A stretch of 64,000 bases of DNA from Eledone cirrhosa (Eukaryota): the NCBI GenBank assembly GCA_964016885.1, contig OZ024742.1:79422001-79486000 (forward strand), read 5' to 3'. Positions 52,659 through 64,000 of the stretch are shown one piece after another. Within the stretch, counting starts at the first letter, position 1, and each line of letters opens with the position of its first letter. The notes beneath the pieces are model-generated. The model ran no database searches and was not told where the DNA came from. It saw nothing but the letters and a program-made list of their open reading frames with translations. The translations under genes were made by a program, and so were the position numbers.

Positions 52659-53409
52659 TAATCTACAGTTTCAGATGATCATGCTTAGGGTGAAAGCAGA
52701 AATGTATGTTTTATTAACATGTTGATAATTTGAGTAGCTCAGAATTTTAGAATTTCCAGCTTCGAACTGAATGTAATAATTATAGGACCCATCGAAAACA
52801 ATATCTATTGGGGCTCTTCTCTTCTGTAGATGCGTGTAGGGATGACGTTCTTTTCACCTCAGTTTGGAATGCTCATAGACTTCTGGGGAAAATGGGCAAA
52901 TTAGAACTACAAGTGAATTAAAGGGTTATAAAAAATTGAACTGGTTAAATTCTTAGTTGGAAAGAAGCAATTAAAACTGGAAAGGAAAATAATATACATA
53001 CAGGCTAATAGTTATGAAATATCACGTTATGGAGAAGGAAGAAGATACAATATAAAATATATTTATTAAATAGCCAATTTCTTTGCATACACTTTCCACA
53101 CTAACAAAGGGCTGTGTTTATTTCCATATAATGAATTTATGTATGTGCCTACATTTTCTGAAAAACTAAGATTCAACATTAAACATATAATTCTGATGGT
53201 AGAGTAAATTTCAGATTGTTTCTCCGTTTTTTTTTACTACGATTTCCACAAGTCGTTGAAGCACGACCAGGTATAAATAGCAGGCTGTGTAATATCATTT
53301 TGGTTGCACCTCTAGTTACTAAATGAGCAGTCCAGCAAGCAAAACCTTTGCTAAATTTAATCGATAAATGCTACCTCACTAGTATTTATAGGAAACTGTC
53401 GTAACAGAC

Positions 53410-54361
53410 TTAAAACCATAAAAGGTGTTTTAGCTGTACTGCTAAAATCAAGAACATTATATGCCTACCACACGCACTGAGAGCCTTCTCGTTTGGTATA
53501 ATCACCAATGGAATAGACCGGGCAAAGCACACATATTTCCATGATTTCAGTAACTCCAAACACAAAGCCAAGGACAACAGCTTACTGTATGTATCCAACT
53601 TTAATCCCAGAAATATTCAAACGTTTGACCACCTCCGCAAAAACTCCCCCTTCCTACCTGAGCGTGATAAAATAAAAAAGTCCTGGAAACATTCGAAATC
53701 ATCAAAGGTAAAAGCAGCCCAAATCACTAAAACATATTCGCAATGGAACAAATATACATAAACAAATCACTATCCCTACTGTGACAAAATGGAGACGAAG
53801 AAAATGACATGCCTATCATTAACCGAGGGACGAAATTTCATATTTAAAGACGGCCAAAAGTTTACAGTAGAAGCTAATTTCACCTGTAACAAAGAAAACT
53901 TAATTTACCCAGTAACACGCAGTAGATGACAGCAAAATTACATAGGACAGACGTTGGTCATTCTCTTACGCAAGAGAATGACCAACCATAACCCACGCCA
54001 ACAAATCAACTAGAAACATGCCCCCCCCCCACACCTAAGTAGCCACATTGCAGGTTGTGTAGGCATGAACTTGCCCAACTTTAAAATGGTCCCCCTTTCA
54101 TATGTTCCGACTCTTTCACACAAATACAGAACATAAATAAATAAAACAAATGAGCAAATACACACCAGAACTATATATGTAATTACTCCAGGAGATTATA
54201 CATAGGGAACCATGCACCAAACACACATATACAAGCAGATATTCTTATTACACAGAAATGAAGAGACATTTTTCAATTTCCAATTTTTCACATTTTAATC
54301 TTTGACGTTTTAAAATTTGATATTTGATAAGATTAATTTACTTACCGAAACCGGTAGTATT
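53410..54361 (+). mobile_element. Degraded PLE 3' end (Neptune-like Cys linker + GIY-YIG) with decayed HHR at 54319-54361
   Basis: NFTCNKENLIY...NYIGQT at about 53876-53953, and gatat TTGATAA...GAAAC cg GTA gtatt. Confidence 0.65.
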
Positions 54362-54559
54362 TTATAAACACCCCTATTTAAAAAAAACGTACTCTGTCGA
54401 ATTAAAGAAAAAAGAAAGAAAGAATGCTTTAAATACACTTCCATACTGTTTCCACTTTTACTTTTTACATATATATTTTCGATCGACTTTCATCAAATCA
54501 GACCGAGAAAACAATGTTTTCATTGGTCGTTCCAATTGCTATCTATCGGTCGCAACTCA

Positions 54560-54661
54560 AGGTAGAAGGAGCAACGTGAAATAAAGTGTCATGCTCAAGG
54601 ACATAACGCATTGCCCGGTCCGTAAATCGAACTCACAACCTTACGATTGCCATGCGCCTTC

Positions 54662-54664
<3 letters not shown>
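54560..54664 (-). mobile_element. CORE-type SINE fragment
   Basis: Minus strand gagttcgattt B-box, then gttatgtccttgagcatgacacttt CORE-like block. Confidence 0.5.
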
Positions 54665-54717
<53 letters not shown>

Positions 54718-54831
54718 TTGACCTCCAGTGGTTGATTTGGTCGGTTGGAAGTGACCACAGCTTCATAAACTACAGCGGGTGTGTTGCATTGCTGTTGAAG
54801 GGGACAAGCTTCGGGCTTATGGCAAGGTGCT

Positions 54832-54889
<58 letters not shown>

Positions 54890-54996
54890 TATTTACACAT
54901 ACACCAATTAAACAAAGTCACAGGTATATATGTGTTTTTGCAACTTTTCACGATATGGCTCAATGGAGAATTTATAAATTAATAAGAGCGAAATAC

Positions 54997-55520
54997 TATA
55001 GCGTAAAGCATGTTCGGAGAATTATTTGATAATATATATACATCATCTCTACTCCCAATCAGCATAATTAACGACACAAAACATCAAATAGACCAGGCTA
55101 TAAGAATAAAAGGCATCTATGAAGAAACAGTAAATAAATACGCTATCGTGGCGTCTTCACGTGCAACCGCTATAGAATATTTACCCAACATTTCAACAGC
55201 ACGTGGAAATTAATTAAATATACGGTCAACCATACATAATTAGGTAAAAATTAATGTTAGAAATGCTTATATACATACCAGGATTAAATCACTAAATCCC
55301 GACCCTTTGGTTTCGCTCACTTTTGAGATACCTTATTTAAGGTTCATACTCGAGTTTAGAGCTCATCAGTGGATAAACTCACTAGGACATATTATTTTCT
55401 GAAGTGGCCCCCGCCAAACACGAATTCAAAATGGTTGTGTGGTTAATTATGCTGATTGGGATTAGAGATGATGTATATATATTATCAAATAATTTTCTGG
55501 ACATGCTTTACTCTATAGTA
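54997..55520 (-). mobile_element. Fold-back HHR element
   Basis: 54997-55075 is inverted at 55436-55518. HHR at 55296-55374. Confidence 0.75.
55296..55374 (-). ncRNA. Type I hammerhead ribozyme
   Basis: atcca CTGATGA gctc...gagc GAAACC aaag GGTC gggat. Confidence 0.85.
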
Positions 55521-56245
55521 TATATATATATACATATATTAATACAAACCTAATTATGTGAGTGAGTAAGAGACGACCCAAGCTGTACCGATTCCCTTCG
55601 ACTAGCTTCGTATACCTATATATATAATCTCTCAGGCGACTAACCTGCATTTGAAATGAAGTTGAATTTTATTTATTTATTCTACTTCGTTTCTGCATTC
55701 TCTACAGAAGCATCCTGGTTGAGTTCAATTTTGAAATCCTGCAATTGTGTTCCCTAAAAATCATTAGGTCTGTCTTACCTACGCTTTTATGAAAAGTCAC
55801 GTGTTACTAAAAGTCTAGGTTTACTACTACATATATTGCTGACTACCAATGACTTATACTAGCCTACTAAATGGACCTTTACATTCGTGAGTGGCTTACA
55901 TCCGTTGAGCAAACAATTTCGGACCAAACTACGTAATGTCTCTTGATATAGCTATTGTTTATAAACGGTGATTCCAGTCGGAGTATTCTTAACATATCTA
56001 TCAGAATTGCAGAAACCAAGTCTTGGCTCCGGATTTTGATATATTAATGTCAAACCCACAGGAAGTCATTTATCTTACTGATTAACGTATGTGCACTTTG
56101 AGTAATGGGTTTGCAATCCTAATTATATCATTGGGTGATTAAGGAAACGACCGACTCTGTGCCGATTCTCTTCGACTAGCTTCGTATATATATATATATA
56201 GTAATAATAATAAATTCTTTGCTTAAACATTAATCTGTTATTTTA

Positions 56246-56292
<47 letters not shown>

Positions 56293-56293
<1 letters not shown>

Positions 56294-56864
56294 TTATTAA
56301 AATAACAGATTAAAGTTTAAGCAAAGAATCGCTGCTTTCACCCTTAACGGGATCTTCTGAAACTAACAAAGTCAATCTGTGAACGCAGAAGTGAATCTTT
56401 AAAAAAACGTTGCAACCGGAAGAAGAGAGGAATACGATACTTTGGTTCGTGGAAACGTTCCCGGGCAAAGAACGGGAAAAAAGGAATATAATACCTCATT
56501 ATTTGGAGCGGTGAAAAACAATTACACGCAAAAATATTAGTCTATGACTTCTTTTATGCCATAAACGTGGTTTTGTCTTTGCGTATAATTGTTTTTCACC
56601 GCGAACCAAAGTATCGTTTCCACGAACCAAAGTATCGTATCCTGTCTTCCCCCGGTTGCAATGTTTTTTGAAGTATTCACTTCTGCGCTCACAGATTGAC
56701 TTTGTTAGTTTCAGAAGATCCCGTTAAGGGTGAAAGCAGCGATTCTTTGCTTAAATTTTAATCTGTTATTTTAATAAATATTTGCTCTACGGTTCTTATA
56801 TATTTGATATATATTTATCCTTTTCGAACCCTCTTTGGATTTTAGTCTTCAAATTTATTATTAT

Positions 56865-56868
<4 letters not shown>
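56293..56868. mobile_element. Family C fold-back element with variant HHR (plus strand 56707-56757, minus strand 56313-56363)
   Basis: Inverted arms 56293-56460 / 56610-56780. TA-flanked. Confidence 0.85.
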
Positions 56869-56899
<31 letters not shown>

Positions 56900-56907
<8 letters not shown>

Positions 56908-57430
56908 ATAACAGGAGGCTGGACTGGTGTAAATCCCTGAAAGGTTTATTATACTATGATCATTTCAATGACAGTGTTCCATATGAATCCGGTGACATCA
57001 TCAGGTATTCGAAATATAACAAAGGAATATGTAAAAACCATGGGAACGAAAAATCAAAGACAGAGAGGACGACTGACCAATTAGCTGCTTTCACCTCGGC
57101 CAGTCGCCCTCAAAGCGTCTTCTCCGTCTTTGATTTTTCGGAAGCATGGTTTTTACATATTCTTTGTTATATTTCGAAAACCTGATGATATCACCAGATT
57201 CATATGGAACCCGGTCATTGAAATGATCATAATATAATAAACCTTTCAGGGATTTACACCAGTCCAGCCTCCTGTTATTTTATTTATAATTAACTCCGTA
57301 TTCGCACGACCAACTACACAAACGAAGACAGGTGAACTGCACTACGTTGAGTACTCTCCAGAATATTACACCAAGATTGACCATACGGAATGACCAATTC
57401 TATCCAGTGGTGAACCTACAAACCTAAAGA
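56900..57430. mobile_element. Fold-back HHR element (minus strand 56951-57008, plus strand 57178-57235)
   Basis: Arms 56900-57072 / 57116-57287. atac CTGATGA...GAAAT gatc ATA gtat with a palindromic stem III. Confidence 0.75.
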
Positions 57431-57632
57431 TATATATATATATATCTTTAGGTTTGTAGGTTGTCCCCTTTGCTTCTGCTGGACATCACCAGAGGTTTTA
57501 GTATCTTGTTTTATTTCAATTTGTAAAAAACCCTCCCTTTCTAATATATATATATACTTATATGTGTATAGATTTACAGACGTACACTATTGTAATTATT
57601 TCTCGTAAAATATTCTACACACGCACACCTAA

Positions 57633-57737
<105 letters not shown>

Positions 57738-58026
57738 GTGTGCGTGTGTAGAATATTTTACGAGAAATAATTACAATAGTGTACGTTTGTAAATCTATAC
57801 ACATATAAGTTATTACTTTAGAAACATATTAAAGATGTGTAGAATACATCAGTTAGAATGTTTCTTCATTTAATGAAACAATTCTTCAACATATCACGTC
57901 TGCAAAGCCTATTTCATATTCTGTCCTCACAACATTTGAAAAATGATTTGCACGGGAATTAATATAAATTTATGGTATTAATGACTTTTAGGCGAAGACA
58001 TGTATTATTTCATGATATTATTGTCA

Positions 58027-58340
58027 CCGCCGAGGTTAACTTTACCTTTCATCCTTACGGGGTCGATAAAATAAAGTACCAGTAAAATAAAGTACCACTG
58101 AAATTGCTGGCCTTGTGCCAAAAGTAGAAACAATTATTGTCACAAAGGTCGCTGGATTGGCAGTATCAGTAGAGGATTAGACGCCATGCTTTGGAGTATG
58201 GAGTTACGGGCCTTTACGGTCTGAGTTCAAATTACGCCGAGGGGAACTTTGCCTTTCATCCTTACGGGGTCGATAAAATAAAGCATTAGTAATGCACTGG
58301 GGCAATTGCTGGCCTTGTGCCAAAAGTAGAAGCAATTATT
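58027..58340 (+). mobile_element. Tandem tRNA-derived SINEs
   Basis: A truncated copy followed by a full copy of the 3138 family. Confidence 0.8.
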
Positions 58341-60524
58341 GCCACAAAGCCATACAGTTAAAGGCGATGTTATTTAGTAAATTAAATAGACAACAGTGTT
58401 ATATTTTTATTGCTTAGTAAGTAATTGAAAGGCATTTCTGATCATTTTCATGATGTTAAACCCTGTGACAAATTATGTTTATTCTCTAAACATTAAGTTT
58501 ACTACCATAGTGGCTTTTCTAGAGCATTCTAACCCTCGTGATGCCCACCCCCGCCAGGTCTTAACACAGCAGATTGCTTTCAGAGAAAGATAGAAAGTAA
58601 AAGAGAGAAAGTGACACAGAAATATAGAGGAAGAATCTACCCCAGTACTGGACTGGTATCTTTTTATCTACCTCGAAAAGATGGAAGGGAAATTTGATCT
58701 CGGCGCAATTTGAACGCGGAGAGCAGAAAGTCGAATCGAATCCGCAAACCATTCTATCACATGTACTAACGATTCTGTCAATTCCCAGCCTTAACACCAA
58801 GTAAAAATACCAGTAACACTTTCTTTCAGATACTAAAATTTGATCGAGTCTCAAGTAAAACAACTGAATACTAGGAAATTAGTGATGAGCTGAGTCAGAA
58901 ACTAATAACCAGCCAATGTACACGATGTGGAGCAAATTAATTTACCATGAGGAAAAGAAGTTACCTAACGTATTGGGTAGAATTTATCGTTGGAAAATTA
59001 TGATTTTTCTTGGAAGAAGATTTCTGCTTATCTCACAGCAAAATAATTCACTTCACCCTGTGAACGTTTTCCACCTACCGATAGCTGGATAATAGTTCAA
59101 ATCGTCTTTCCTGTACCATGAGATCCATGGACATAACATTCAACTTCAAGTGGTTAAACTGCCTGACTCTAAATCTGTATGCTTCGACAGATATACTGAT
59201 CAAAGCGGACGAAACAAAGCAGAATTCAACTGTTTTGGTTAAGTAGGGATTTGATATAAAAAAAAAAATCAACAACACAGTTTGCTATTTTCTCTTAGAC
59301 TCCGCTTGCTGCTTTCTACTACATGTAGACGTTATAATTAAGCTTTAGGGACCATTCCATTTTATTTTCAGAGATAGTCTAAGACAGTGATTCTCAACCA
59401 GTGTGCCACGAAATTTTGAACGGCACACTAAGAAAATGCGAAAAACCACGTGATCCCAATTGAATATTCACAGTCTTTGGTGCAACATGTTGCACCACAT
59501 AGCTTTGTTCATTTGGGATGAGTGAAATGTTTCCAAATGTCGCAATGCTAAAAATTCTATATCTTTTATTGTTTCGTTTGTCATTAGTATTGATCATATG
59601 AATGGATATTGGTCAATACTTGTTTTAAGGTGGGACCCCCGCCCGGAAGAAAAAAAATTATTATATCATGCATCTTTTTTCACTTTTATGGTAGAATCTT
59701 CCTCTAAAACTGAGACAAATGATATATTTCTTTTTTATCTAGTCCTAATTTTTGCTGAGATATGCCCCAAAATGGTTAAAAAATAGCGTAATTTTCAGAC
59801 TTCTTTTGAGAAAATCGAAATAAGCTATGAAGATGATTTTTACATTTTAGAATCAGAAAACCACTCATTGTATGGTAACAGAAGCCTTTTTTTTTGATAT
59901 TTTGGAAAACAAAATGTTATCGTCATTAGTGTGCTGGACAGTAAAAAAATTGAAAAAAAAAAATCACATTTTTGGGGGATAAAAGTGACTATAACATTTT
60001 TTCAAGGCAGAATTTAAAGCAAAGGCTTCTGTTACGATGAAGCTACTATTATAAGGAAGGTCTCCTCAAAATTTCAAGCAAATCTATCGTTAGAACGTCA
60101 GACAAAATACTTTGCGGCGTATGTTTCAGCACTCTGCTCTCTGAGTTAAAAATCTGCCGAGGTCAACATTCCTTTTCAGCAATTCGAGGTCTATAACAAA
60201 ATGTACCAGTCAAGAACTGGGGTAAATTCCTCTCCTTTCTCACTTTCATCCTTCTCTGGAAGAAATCTGTAGTAGTCAGGCCTGGAGTGGGATGGGCTCC
60301 ACCAGGCTGAAAATGTGGAAGAAACGCCGTATTTCACTACGACGCTCCAAAGACTCAGCCAGGAGTTACAGGATAGACAGAAAGAAATAAAAGCTATATT
60401 TCAAGCATGTCGAGTGAACGTCAGGCTGCTCCCGTGTTGGCCCGTGTAAACAGAGCTATTGTTGTTTTACTCCAGGTCGATCAAATCTACCATCAAATAT
60501 ATTCCATTAATACGTTATAGAAGG

Positions 60525-60740
60525 ACCGTGGTTTGGCAGTATCGGTATAGCGTTGGACAACATGCTTTGCGGTATATAGTTATGTCCCTTTACGTTCTGA
60601 GTTCAAATCCCGTCGAGGTAAGCTTTGCCTTTCATCCGTACGAGGTCGATAAAATAAAGTACCAGTAACACACTGGAATCGATTTAATTGACTTTCTCCT
60701 CTCCTACAATTATTGGCCCCGTGCTTAAATAAGAAACCAT
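60525..60740 (+). mobile_element. tRNA-derived SINE, older subfamily (related copies at about 45115, 58620 and 60100)
   Basis: tggcagtatcggta, gagttcaaatccc and gcctttcatcc..gtcgataaaataaagtaccagt. Confidence 0.7.
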
Positions 60741-61833
60741 TTTTACGCTGTAGAAGACGATGTATTTAATTCACCTTTTCCTTTCTTAAGATAGTAGTGT
60801 GTTATTTAAGATACTACCATACTTTATATAGTAAAATAATACGACCATAACTCCCGGTGGATTAAAAGAGGCGCCGTTCTAACACACAGTACATCTTGGG
60901 CGCTTTTAAACGCGATAAAGCCCAGATCGGTACACATCCAATTTCCTCCAGAGAAAGAGAGAATCAATTCTAGCAAGCAAAGTTGTACTCGGTGTTATTA
61001 GAACTCAGAGCGCAGTAAATCGGAAGAAATAACGAGGTATATTTAATTCAACGCCATAACGACTCTGCCAAATCGCCACATTGCCTTATATGACTCACTT
61101 CATATGGAGTTTAGGATTTCAATGAAATTATGAGATCTAACAGACTTCTTTCAGTATTAGATCAGTTCAATAACGGACATTTAATGACGCAATAGATCTA
61201 CGTTTATGTTTTCCCTATTCAATACAACATAGAAATAATGTGCGCTTGTGTGTGTGAATATTTTTTAAATTTTGAGTATATGTTATTTTTCAGCAAGTAC
61301 ATTTAGATGACTGCATTAGCCAATAAATAATGTGTGGCTATGATCGTGTACATTTATATAGCTATGACGGACTGTGTGTTGTTATGAATGCAAAATATGT
61401 TTTAATGTATACAATTGTAATAGAGACAACTTCGGTCATAAAAAAATTCTATGTACATTGGTTAAAAATAGCACTCTTTCCAATTCATGTAATATAAACA
61501 CGTGTGTGTTTGTGTAGCTGAACAGATAAATTGATAGAGAAAATGTATATAAATATATAATCAAACGGTTTGAATAGAATAAATAAATAAATAATATGTG
61601 CGTGTATGTATGTATGTATGTATGTATGTATGTATGTATGTATGTATGTATGTATGTATGTATGTATGTATGTATGTATGTATATGTATGTATGTATATG
61701 TATGTATGTATATGTGGGTGTCTCTGTGTGTGTATGTGTGCACTAGATAGATAGTTGGGAGATAGAGAGGAAACAGAAAGTTCATTGGGCGAATGTTATA
61801 AATTTAGAAGTTACGTTGATCATCGTAGTCATC

Positions 61834-61876
<43 letters not shown>

Positions 61877-61914
61877 ACATACACACATACACACACACAC
61901 ACATACACTACACA

Positions 61915-62109
61915 CAGCTTATTTTCATCATTGTTATCGTTCATTGTTCTTCATTTTCTCCTTCATATCCTTCACTTAAAACCCACGCTTCTTCACGACT
62001 CTTATGAGAACGATTCTCATAAGAGTCGTGAATAAGCGTGGGTTTTAAGTGGAGGATATGAAGGAGAAAGTGAAGAACAATGAACGATAACAATGATGAA
62101 AATAAGCTG
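61915..62109. repeat. Near-perfect ~195-bp hairpin
   Basis: Arms of about 96 bp with a 3-nt loop (gagaa-cga-ttctc). Confidence 0.9.
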
Positions 62110-62322
62110 ATATAAATTTGAGGAGAGGAAAACAGTACATGCGCACACATACGTATTCGCAAGCCCACAGAGTATAGGCGCTGGTTCTTTTACAACCTCA
62201 TAGTTTCAGTTTCGTTCCCATTGTTTGGGAGGGACCTTGAGCATAGAACTGTTACAAGATGGAAACTATGTGCAAGGCTTTCGTGTGCGTCTGAATACAT
62301 ACACACATACATACACACATAC

Positions 62323-62461
<139 letters not shown>

Positions 62462-62789
62462 TAGTAAAAGGAAAAGAAAATGCTGACAAATTTTTCCCAG
62501 TGAAAAATAGTTTAATTAGGAATAAGCAAAAATTAGTAATAAGTATTGGTTAGTATTCAGTTTTAGTTTTAAGTTTTTGCAAACATCACGGGCGCTCTAA
62601 AATTATTTTTGAAAAGCATTAGAAATGCGCAACCGGTAAAAACTTAAAACTAAAACTGAATACTAACCAATACTTATTACTCATTTTTACTTATTCCTAA
62701 TTAAACTATTTTTCACTGGGAAAAATTTGTCAGCATTTTCTTTCCTTTTACTAATATATCACAACTCGTGTGTTACACCTCTTTTCTTT

Positions 62790-62827
<38 letters not shown>

Positions 62828-63495
62828 AAAAGAGTCAGTACCCCGACGGCTGAGCTCCGGCTGTTTCGACAGTTAGATCCGAGAAGGCGAGGTCCTAACT
62901 CTTTTCCTATTACCCACTCTACTACTCTAAGTATTGAGTACTCTGGTGGGTTTTGGTCCACCTGCTATCTTACCACATCCTCTTTGACGTAATGAGGTTT
63001 ATTTTTCAACAGAGTTCCTGGAAAGACACAACCCAATTATCAACATGAAGCGTTGAAATTAATGCATGCAAGATTTCACAGCTCCAGCAGAACTCATTCA
63101 TAGGCAGCCTATGAACTCTTCAGCCCCACCCTCTCTCTCCATACACACACACACACACAAATATATATATATATATATAAAGAAAATTTCGCTCTACATG
63201 GCTGAATATAATAAATGTAATCTGAGCTTTTCGAATGTTAATAATAACATACGATTCGTTTACAATTTTGCAAACAAACCTCAATTTTATAGCCATGTCA
63301 GTCGAATGAACACTTCATTCTTGCTCTTGGGTTGGCATGCGAACAGAACTGCAGACACTAATGTTTCTGTGTATTACCCTTCACCAGAAGAGCTCACTGT
63401 TCACCTGCCAAACTGTCAGAGCTAGTGAGAATATATGCTATTATCAAAAATACACAGTGACTGATCGGCCTGACAGTTTGGCAGCTGAACAGTGA

Positions 63496-63541
63496 GCTGT
63501 ACTGATGAAGGGTGATACCCAGAAACATTAGTGTCTGTAGT
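63496..63541 (+). ncRNA. Hammerhead ribozyme (family B)
   Basis: gctgta CTGATGA a-gggt-gat-accc-a GAAACA ttag TGTC tgtagt. Confidence 0.85.
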
Positions 63542-63769
63542 TCGGTTCGTATGCCAACACAAGAGCCAGAATGAAGTGTTCATTCTACTGACATGGCTAT
63601 AAAATTGAGGCTTGTTTGCAAAATCGAATGTTATTATTAATATTCGAAAAACTCAGATTACATTTATTGTATTCAGCCATGTAGAGCGAAATTTTCTTTT
63701 TTATTTAAATTTGGCACAGCCGGCCATTTATCACTCGTATACAGGAAACTGACTGGCCAGTCTGCTGAT

Positions 63770-63843
63770 ATGCAAATCTCGCTGAGCAGTGGATCTGTTA
63801 ATATGCAGATCTGACTGATCAGCCAGTCTGCTAATATGCAAAT
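63770..63843 (+). promoter_or_regulatory. Octamer cluster (ATGCAAAT x2, ATGCAGAT x1) upstream of the family B HHR
   Basis: Motifs at 63770, 63803 and 63836, spaced 33 bp apart. Function is inferred. Confidence 0.45.
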
Positions 63844-63920
63844 TAGACAGATCAGTCACTGTGTATTTTTGAAAATAGCATATATTTTCACTAGCTCTGA
63901 CAGTTTGGCAGGTGAACTGA

Positions 63921-63966
63921 GCTGTACTGATGAAGGGTAATACCCAGAAACATTAGTGTCTACAGT
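63921..63966 (+). ncRNA. Hammerhead ribozyme (family B)
   Basis: gctgta CTGATGA a-gggt-aat-accc-a GAAACA ttag TGTC tacagt. Confidence 0.9.
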
Positions 63967-64000
63967 TCTGTTCGCATGCCAACACAAGAGCAAGAATGAA

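Larger units (their letters stand above)
63182..64000 (+). mobile_element. HHR family B tandem (period 425 bp) with inverted 5' arm
   Basis: 63182-63465 is an inverted copy of the unit. HHRs at 63496 and 63921. Runs off the end of the window. Confidence 0.85.

Noticed and set aside
53927-53929. In-frame TGA at a Cys position of a PLE GIY-YIG region (possible selenocysteine)
   Set aside because: The copy is heavily degraded with other stops and frameshifts, and no SECIS was identified. The Naiad-like ORFs here use ordinary Cys codons.
59075-59180. Possible host exon bounded by AG/GT on the minus strand
   Set aside because: No homology is recognisable and the splice signals could occur by chance.
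59386-60090. hAT-like (cagtgattctcaacc) and Kolobok-like (ttaaggtgg) termini
   Set aside because: Only single ends were seen, with no matching opposite TIR or TSD.

Overview
AT-rich, microsatellite-dense eukaryotic DNA. It is probably from a cephalopod such as Octopus, inferred from the SINE types and the extreme (TA)n content. No host gene can be confidently called. The window is almost entirely mobile DNA: Tx1/L1-, R4/Dong-, CR1- and RTE-type LINE fragments, tRNA-derived SINEs, two mariner remnants, a hAT remnant, Helitron ends and five Penelope-like elements (PLEs). The main signal is about 20 type I hammerhead ribozyme (HHR) motifs from about 10 sequence families. They sit in PLE terminal repeats and in small non-coding retrozyme-like tandem or fold-back elements, almost all inserted in (TA)n tracts. 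Three unrelated HHR families carry an octamer (ATGCAAAT) about 65-90 nt upstream of the ribozyme, and some families have non-canonical cores (CAGANGA, CCGACGA). A second oddity is a compact cassette at about 5.6-8.7 kb: an SGNH/GDSL hydrolase gene split by 55- and 57-bp introns, a convergent orphan ORF and a terminal inverted-repeat structure. All folds and alignments were done by eye, so element boundaries are approximate.
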